From: Eledone cirrhosa
Taxonomy: Eukaryota
Assembly (NCBI GenBank): GCA_964016885.1
Contig: OZ024745.1
Coordinates: 18,042,001-18,106,000 of the forward strand
Direction: 5' to 3'
DNA length: 64,000 nt
Shown: positions 54,785 through 64,000 of the stretch, in pieces
Position numbering within the stretch: position 1 is the first letter of the stretch
How the letters are laid out: each line of letters starts with the position of its first letter
Program-made: the position numbers and the translations under genes
The notes under the pieces: model-generated
Seen by the model: only the letters and a program-made list of their open reading frames with translations
The model's database searches: none
Told to the model about the DNA's origin: nothing

Positions 54785-54869
54785 GTGTATGTATATTTGT
54801 ATATATGTGTGTATGTGTATGTATGTGTGTGTATATATATGTATATGTATATATATATATATGTGTATG

Positions 54870-54923
<54 letters not shown>

Positions 54924-54974
54924 TGTATATATATATATATATATATGTGTATGAATATATGTATGTATGGTGTA

Positions 54975-55006
<32 letters not shown>

Positions 55007-55010
55007 GATA

Positions 55011-55091
<81 letters not shown>

Positions 55092-55106
55092 ATATATGTA
55101 TATGTA

Positions 55107-55139
<33 letters not shown>

Positions 55140-55164
55140 TTTTATGTATGTATTTTTATATATG

Positions 55165-55219
<55 letters not shown>

Positions 55220-55222
55220 ATA

Positions 55223-55269
<47 letters not shown>

Positions 55270-55965
55270 ATGTGTGTATATATATATGTATGTATATATA
55301 TATATATGTATATATATATGTATATATATATATATGTGTACATATATATGTGTGTATGTGTGTGTGTGTATGTATGTGTATGTATGTATGTATGTGTATA
55401 TTTATATATATAAATATATTTATATGTGTGTCTGTGTATATGTGTGTCTGTGTATGTGTGTTTATGGGTGCGCGCGAGTGTGTTAGTGAGTGTGTCTTGT
55501 GAATGTGTCTGTTGTTTTTTGGCATATAGTTGAATAGTTTAAGATTAACTTGAGGATAATTGTAAGATATGCACTTAATATTCTGAATTTGTCTACAGAA
55601 TTCTCTAAACCTTTGTCACTTACTAGAACCTTAATGATTTAGCTTTTAAAGAATCCCCCTTTCCTTTAAATCTATCTACCATGACTGACCCCCCCCCCCC
55701 CCAACTGATCTTATAGACACCTGTTAGCTTAAGAGAAACTTAATAATAAGGAATGGCATGCCATCCTGAACCTGTTTATAGAATTCTGTCTGCCTTTGTT
55801 ACTCTAAAAACAAAAATAAATAAACATTAAAATTAAAATAAACTATAGCTTTGTTGAATTAGCTTTTAATGAATTCCCTCGTCTATCAACCAATGACCTA
55901 CACCCATCCCACTCCCCACCCTCTCCTACCACTTGTATAAATACCATACTTATTTTTTGATACCC

Positions 55966-56016
55966 AGATTCCTGATGATTTCTAAAGAATGAAACAGTTC
56001 TAGTCCTGTAGAATCT
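55966..56016 (+). ncRNA. Type-I hammerhead in right arm
   Basis: agattc-CTGATGA-tttc taaa gaat-GAAA-cag ttctagtc ctg-TA-gaatct. Confidence 0.75.
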
Positions 56017-56098
56017 CATCTATATTAAAACTTTTATACTCTGCAATGTATTGAGTACCTTACTTACTGTGGTTACCTCCGATTCAACCCGGAATAAC

Positions 56099-56158
<60 letters not shown>

Positions 56159-57194
56159 TGGTAACTCAAAATTCGTTGTAGGCTTACAAACTATTTTTAT
56201 TTATGACTATACTGGCTAATTTCCATAAATGTATTAGTGAATACTCCAGAAAGCTTGCGTATAAAATACGCAGTACCGATAACTGGAGGAAAAACGAACA
56301 TTTTCAATTACCATTAATTATTGTTACACGACGTTGAAAGAAAATACATTTCTGCTGCAGATAACTAAAGTTAAGTCCTGACAGGTACATCTTTAAATAT
56401 TAAATATATTTGGGTAAATAAATACTCATCATATAAGCTAATTGTTTTAATACCATTAACTAAATTCCAGTACAGCTTGGCTTCAAACCTATACATACTT
56501 TTGGAGAAAATCAAATCAAACATATCATGATTATCTAATTAATGTTTCGTTTATATTTCTTCCAAAATATATAGGATTGTATCACACTTGCGATTTTAAT
56601 GAAAATAAACCACCCCTTGAGGGATTATTAAGATGGGATGATAAATTAATAAACCAAATGTTCACTTGAATAATAATAGTTCAATGAATCGAAGTTGATC
56701 CGTCGGGACAAGTAATGTGGCAAATCTTCACTCATATGTTGGCAACGATATAATATATTTCATTTGAACTGTCACATACCTATACAGGTTTATTTTACTG
56801 ACCCCGCATCATAAACCCAAAATTTCCTTGGGTTTATTTAAAATCAGACCATACATGAATTTAGTGATCACTTTACTATATATAACAAATGGCTCCTCGA
56901 TTACAATCACATAATGTTATTTAATCGAACAGCTTGAAATTGAAGTGATTAGTGATTATATTACTTAATAACTTTCTATGGAGAAACAATTGTACAATGA
57001 AATGAAATGATTCAGAATAGGAGAATTTGTATTATGAAATTAATTTAACAAACGGCCTTAAGAAATAGATGATTATTTTATAATACTAAATCATATGGTG
57101 GAATAAATACCCTGGTGTTTATAGCCAAATATAGATAAATAATGGTTTACCTAGTGGACAAAGCGTTGTCCTCGCCCACTATGTTGTTGTTTAG

Positions 57195-57460
57195 CAGAAT
57201 ATAAAGCTTTATTTCGCACCGGTCGCCGTGGAGACCTCGAGCGTACTTGGACCCAGCACTGCCGAGCAAGATAGAAACGTCAGCAGACCGTCTGATGAAG
57301 GGGACCCACGAGCTGGGGTGGCCGTTGCAACGGGTGTCGCTGGCCAATATCCGTGAGAATGCTTTTGCGCTCTTGGCCGCGGAGCACAACCCCTACACCC
57401 TAGGTCTAGAGCCAATCATCCCTCCCCTCCTTTCTTATGTGTCTCTTACTTTTCCCTTCC
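57195..57460 (+). mobile_element. 3' fragment of a CRE-type (restriction-like endonuclease) non-LTR retrotransposon
   Basis: GC-rich island translating (with a frameshift) as YFAPVAVETSSVLGPST...WPLQRVSLANIRENAFALL, matching the F.P.AVET.G..G / QR.SLAI.RGNA motif. Confidence 0.65.
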
Positions 57461-60337
57461 TTTCCGTTTTCATAACTACAAAATATTCTTGCAACTTTTA
57501 AAAAAACATTTTGTATTTATGGGAATATGTGATTAAAGTCTTTGCGAACATAATCTTGTTTATTCCGTGTTTTCTATGCAATTCACCTAGATATATATGA
57601 TAGAATATATACTCGTTTAATAGATTCCTCGTATTACATAACATATAAACGTATACAACGCAATTGTGTTTATTTTGAGTGGTTGGATTTGTAAATATTT
57701 GGATTTCTGAAGTTATTTGTCTATTTTCTCAGGCATAATATACCTAAATTTTCATCGTTTGATATTCTATGTATGTTCTCTCACATCATTTTATAACTTA
57801 TGCCTGAAAATCCTCCCCCCTTTCTAAGCTAATCAGGTATAATTTAAAGAAGATTTTAGTTTGAAGATTTTAAATTGGAATGGGCTTCAACTGGCTTCTT
57901 TTAAGGGCAAAACCATCAGTGTTGCTTCAGCAGCGCTATGTTAAACAAGACTCTCTTACACTCAAACTGAAATCCAATACCATCCTACATATATATTCTG
58001 AAAATCAGTGTAATTACCACTCTGTCCAAACGGAGGAAACAATTGATATAATATAATGTTTTTGTTTCGTCAGTCATTGTTTATCTTGTGAAGCAGCTGA
58101 TTTTTGTTTTATAGCCGATATGTCAATGAAGCGGTATCCTCTCCGTCTTAACGTTCTATTATACTGCGCAATATTTTTTTTCCTTCTGATCTCTTCAGTA
58201 TATATAGAGATAGCATTCTTTCAATAAACATAATTTCTTTCCAAGATGTCCAATCAAATAGGACATTTTTTAAATGTATATTTCACTAGTATCATTATTC
58301 TAATATTATTATCTAAGTCGTTTCATCATGTAACCAATATTTGTCAGCACAAGCAATATTTGTATTGTTTGAACACGTCTAGTTTTGATTGCGTGTGTAG
58401 AAGTAGCTTCATATTTATGAGTGTATGTTTGAAGCGAATTGTTTTATCGATATGACGTGTATAACTGTATGATGGGTGCATTATCACGTATACGCGCAAT
58501 GTTGGCAATAGTATACATTTATAATGGTCGGTTGTCGCTTATGGCAGATATTGTTGAAAGCCGTACAAAATGTTTTGAGGTATGGCGTTATATATCCCCA
58601 GGTAATACGAACAAATTCTGTTAGTCTCACATTTTCCCTTCACCCAAACGGGTCGGGGGGTTAATTACCAATGGAGAACTGGAGTCGACATAATCGAATA
58701 TACGCCTATTTCAAGATTGTGTGGCCTTCTAAGTTGGCTGTATTGGGTCGACAACAACCTTCATGTTTCTGGTTAAATAGACGATATAACCAATTTGAAT
58801 TAAGTACGTGAAGCATTTATGCTGATGTTTTGACGTGGTTTAAAATAGTATAATACACGAGACAATACAGGCCCTTTTGCATCCGACTTTTCACATCTGT
58901 TTTAAACAATCCTACAAATGGTTCGGTCTCTCCCTTTTCTTGGGTTGTGCAAAATACGTCCTGAGATATAATTATCCACAGCAGACATATAATTATCAAA
59001 GTTCTAATCACTTCATTATTGTTCATTTTATTTAGTTAGAGTTTATCTGGGAAGAGGTCCTCCAATATGTTCTCGCCATTCAAAGCAGATTGATATGTGA
59101 TTTTAAATAGAATTCGAAGGTATTGTATAAGATTGAGTGTCTGAAGTTTGAGTCATTGAATTGTCTGAATTGATTTTACGAATTTTCTTGTTTAAGATTT
59201 TTTCTTATCCAAGATTTTTAATAATGCGTAAATTTGACTTGGGTATATTTTCTGTTTCGAGTGAATTGTTCATTAGGTGCAAAGTCTAATGGTGACAAAA
59301 CTATAGGTGAAGAAATGTATTCTTATATGAGCATTTCTGATAAAGAAACACCTTAGATATTTCTGATCATAAGAATATAACCGTTGCATAATGAAGAGTG
59401 GTATTCTTTATTGTAGTTTCAAAACCATATACTGCGACCACGTACGGAGATATGTTCCTTTCATGATAAATATTCTCATCAATCTATTTATAAGACAAGT
59501 AAAAAGCAACGTTTTTAAACAATTGTGTAGATACAAATACAACAGTGACAATACAGTGAACAAATTCACTCTCCAGAAATATCCGAAAACTCATGTTAAT
59601 ATTATTCTGTCAGATACTTTAAGTCTTGTTCCTGATTAACCTTATACTATATATATTTATGGGTGTCTTTGTTCTGGAAGAAAGTGTTTCTAATAGAGGG
59701 TCCATTGGCAGAACAGAAGTTTAATAAGGCCTCTCCATTCGTATTTAGATCTCTAGGTTAGCTACCTCAAAAAGAGGTTTTCTTTAAATGTATAAATCTG
59801 TGAAATCTTCATTAGAAACTACAGAAAATTGGAATAAATTTAATTCGAGGTTTTCATTATTTAATGGTGTGCTCATATAGCACCAACGTCTATTTGTATT
59901 TCAAATCTTGGCTCAATTAAATATGAACTAATCCCTCACTCGTCTCCCGACAAAACCTTACATTTCGATTCTAGCAATGAATTTTACTATGACGATTGCA
60001 GATTTCAATTTGGAAAAGAAAAATTGCTCGATGTGCTTCCGTACAAAGAAAACAGAAACTTGGTTTAAATTAACGTTTTAAGAGATATATTGTTAATACA
60101 ATTTCAAAAAGTCTAAAGGCGGGGGTTGATAGATACATTAATATCAAGTATGAAATAACCTTTGCGACTCGATAAAACTGGTAAAGTCAAGACAAATTTG
60201 GTGTCATTCGTCTCTTCAAATTACATTCTCGCTGAAAATAAATCTATCTTTTCTCGGCCCATGATCGATAAATTTAGCATAATAGAGGTAATATGGAACA
60301 GACAACATTTTCCAAGGACTCATACACATTTTATATA

Positions 60338-60383
<46 letters not shown>

Positions 60384-60410
60384 TATGAAAAGGCAGAGAG
60401 ACGGTGATGA

Positions 60411-60579
<169 letters not shown>

Positions 60580-61082
60580 TTGTATAGATATATAAACTTC
60601 TCCCCACAACTCGTACGAACCTACTTATATATAATTAAATCAAGATGAATTTTGCAAGCTTTTTATTGGAGATATGTTTGCATCCTATATTCATTTGTCC
60701 CTTGTTTATATTGTTGCTGTTCTTTTCTTTTAGATTTCTTTCAAACATCAGTTTAATATTTTAACACTTTCTAGAGATCTTTTTCAAACCATTCATAAAA
60801 TGCTAAACAACGACAGAAAGAGACAATGAAGGAATCAAAATTAATTTCCCGATTTATCAGAGGACAGCTGTCATATATGAAGCCTGTATTTGTTTCCACT
60901 GTTTACATTTACATACAATTGTAAATTTAGATTTTCTCTTTCCCTGTCTTTCGGGAGGGATTGTTCATTTTATAATCTCTTTTTATTGTATCCTTTTAGA
61001 ATTAAAAAAGTAACTAAACAAATGTTAACTTTGTCATTCTTCAATAATACATTTTAATAAGATTTCCCTTCCGATGATTTTA

Positions 61083-61184
<102 letters not shown>

Positions 61185-61203
61185 GTGCGTATATGTGTGT
61201 ATG

Positions 61204-61243
<40 letters not shown>

Positions 61244-61273
61244 CGTTTGTGCGCGCGCGCGTGTGTGTGTGTG

Positions 61274-61328
<55 letters not shown>

Positions 61329-62566
61329 ACATATATTTATATACGCGTACGTGCGTGTACTATTCATATAATAATATTCAATATACTTCACATTATCAAG
61401 GCACGCGTGTTTTGTAATTTATTTTTTAGTAAAATATATGTTTGTGTACACATATGTACATACATGTGCGCGTGATTGCGTTTACTATTCACACACGAAC
61501 ATTAAATATACTCAACGTGAGAAAGGCACATGTTTTTAGTCTATTTTGTATATAATATACATATTTATATTTATATATATTTTATGATTAAATTACCCGA
61601 TTTTTCTTACACAAGGAAATAGATTTATTGAATTCAAATAAACAAAATCTCAACGCGAGTTCCCTGTCAGATTTTATTAAATCTCTCCTTTGACCATGGA
61701 CTGGTAAGTATATATGTTCCGCAGTGAATGTATGAGCTGTTTAAATGTAGAAATGTTGATTATTTCATATTACCTGTTTGTGTTTGGTTTGTTTTGTTTT
61801 GGTTTTTGTTTTGCAGTAGTAGATAATTGAAAGTGATATAATGCAACGCGACTGGGTATGAAATCCAGGATAACAAGCTAATGATGTTAAAGTATGTTTT
61901 GTTTCTGAACATTTCTTAGGTGATTCATAATTAGTGTATATATTGACAAAAAGAAAATAATGGTTCAATTATTTTTTCTTTGTTTCCTTAGTTTAATACA
62001 CATTTCGTTTGAACTTTAACTGCTTTATATGGTTGATATTTGAATTATGGAGAACGTAAAGCAGAATGCTTTTCGACATTTCTTTAGTCTCTACGCTCTG
62101 GCTTCTAAAGAACAGAGGTCAAATTTTAGTTTAATGATTCGTGGTCGTTAATATAAAATAGTATTTCAGATCAATTTTCCATCGGAATAAGAAAATTCGA
62201 CCCAATAGATCCTGATACGTGTTAGGGATATTTGCGTTCAAACGTATTCGCAGTATATTTGGATAGTAGATTTAATCTGGCAACTCATTGAGCTCCACAC
62301 TGCTACCCTCAGGTACCTTAAGCGTGATCTTCGATTCTTGGAGTCGCTGAAAATGGACGTGGTCACTGTTTTCCTGTTCTTGATCAATGAATGATAGATA
62401 TTTATATGTGCATATGTGTATAGGGGTGGTTATGTGTGTGTGTGAATATAAATATATGCGTTCAATTTACCACGTATATATGTGGCCAAAACATACTAGA
62501 AGTGAAACAAAATGACATTTATTAAATGTAATAAAATCAATCATATTTAATATATATATTAAAAAT

Positions 62567-63062
62567 GTAATCTGAGTTTTTCGAATATTAATAATAATAA
62601 TGGATTCGTTTGCAATTATGCAAACAAGCCTCATTTTTAAAGTCATGTCAGCAGAATGAGATCCTCATTCTTGCTCTTGTATTGGCATGTAAACAAAACT
62701 ACAGTCACTAATGTTTCTAGGTATTACCCTTCATCAGTACAGTCCACTGTTCAGAGCAAGAATGAGGGGCTCATTCTACTGACAAGGCTTTAAAGTTTGT
62801 TTGCATAATTGCAAACAAATCGAATGTTATTATTAATATTCGAGGGCGGTGGATTGGCAGTATCGGTAGAGGGTCGGACGCCGTGCTTTGACGCATAGAG
62901 TTACGTCCCTTGCCATTCTGAGTTCAAATCCCGCCGAGGTTAACTTTGCCTTTCATCCTCACAGGGTCGATGAAATAAGGTACCAGTAATGCACTGGGTA
63001 ATTGCTGCCCTTGTGCCTAAAGTAGAAACAATTATTAATATTCGAAAAACTCAGATTCCATT
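62567..63062. repeat. Diverged fold-back (~110-bp arms) interrupted by a SINE
   Basis: 62567-62680 pairs with 62752-62843 plus 63046-63062. Confidence 0.75.
62844..63030 (+). mobile_element. Full-length tRNA-derived SINE with 15-bp TSD
   Basis: A-box tggcagtatcgg, B-box gagttcaaatccc; TSD attattaatattcga at 62829-62843 and 63031-63045. Confidence 0.9.
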
Positions 63063-63254
63063 TATTGTATTCAGTGATGTAGAGCGACAAAATGTTTCTT
63101 ATATTTAAAAACAGTTATACGATATATTTGAACCGAATATGTATGTATATACTACAGACAAACTCATACATACATGCCTACCCATAGATGCATATATTTA
63201 TACAAACTCTGGCTTGCATGTGATAAGTTTGATGCTAAGTGCTGGATGATTGGA

Positions 63255-63936
63255 ATGGAAATCAGGGCACTCTACATGAAGCAGGTGGAGAAGTTTAAGT
63301 ATTTCGGGGCCGTTTTCACGAGCGATCGAAAGCACGAAACTAAATTAATTGCAAGAATTGCATGAGCTGATACAGTAATGTGCCAGCTTCAGCATGCTGT
63401 AATGACAATAAAGGAAGTAAATGTAAAAGCCAAGCTCGCTAACTTCAATTCGGTATTCGTGCAAACAGTTACTATCGGCCGAAATTGACTTACTCGGGTC
63501 TTCCGAGTAAACATTACTCGATAGACTGCTTAGCCCGGATATCAGAGAGTTGCTCCAGGTAGAGCCGTGACTTCTCCGAATCGAAATATCACAAAGACCA
63601 TGTTGTTAGAATGTCTCAGGAAAGTATCGCTGAACTGAGTTTACGGGAAAAACCAATACGCAGAAGACCGATGGGTAGATCCGGAGCTAGATGCTTGTAT
63701 ACAATCCATGAGCTGGGCTGATCTCACTTGGGGATCCAACCGAATTTATTAGGGACATTTGCTCCTGACAGGAACAGCTAGAAGGAATGTTTGCGGACTT
63801 TACCCCCATGACCCTCTAAGGAATAAGGAGGAGAAGAAGAAGAAGAAGAAGAAGAAGAAGAAGAAGAAGAAGAAGAAGAAGAAGAAGAAGAAGAAGAAGA
63901 AGAAGAAGAAGAAGAAGAAGAAGAAGAAGAAGAAGA
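63255..63936 (+). mobile_element. Degenerate 3' fragment of RTE-type LINE with (GAA)n tail
   Basis: KQVEKFKYFGAVFTSDRKHETKLIARIA*ADTVMCQL...KEVNVKAKL (RTE RT C-terminal motif FKYLG..F); ends in (GAA)n. Confidence 0.7.
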
Positions 63937-64000
63937 ATATACACGTATACACGTATCTACATATATCCCTATATATACATGCATGCATCCTTATACATAC

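Noticed and set aside
57292-57330. CTGATGA hammerhead-like core
   Set aside because: No downstream GAAA or stems; lies in CRE-type coding remnant.
57760-59990. Microsatellite-free stretch that may be an old coding or transposon relic (likewise ~3200-4450)
   Set aside because: No frame gave recognisable motifs by eye; needs tBLASTx/HMM search.
62844-62935. tRNA gene
   Set aside because: A/B boxes belong to a multi-copy SINE head with TSD; no full cloverleaf.

Overview
AT-rich, microsatellite-saturated eukaryotic non-coding DNA. The SINE families and (TA)n/(CA)n density suggest a coleoid cephalopod such as Octopus (inference). No host protein-coding gene could be supported, and most ORF-track entries are microsatellite artefacts. 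The window is a dense patchwork of retroelements: four Penelope-like (Naiad-type RT/GIY-YIG) fragments, three with the 5'-truncated plus inverted pseudo-LTR architecture; a deleted CsRn1/Kabuki-type Ty3/gypsy LTR element; a decayed near-full-length CR1-type LINE; RTE and CRE LINE fragments; and tRNA-derived SINEs. The main hidden signal is RNA-structural. By eye I can fold about 30 type-I hammerhead ribozyme (HHR) motifs on both strands, most of them minimal with a palindromic stem III (dimer type). Many carry non-canonical cores (U3-A8 covariation, U4A, U4C, U10.1-U11.1). Two adjacent non-coding tandem arrays (~592-bp and 472-bp units, 46.6-51.6 kb) carry one HHR per unit and each flips orientation internally. 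They look like retrozyme-like/circular-RNA-producing non-autonomous elements nested inside a ~10.7-kb fold-back Penelope-like insertion. All folds were done manually, and cleavage activity is untested.
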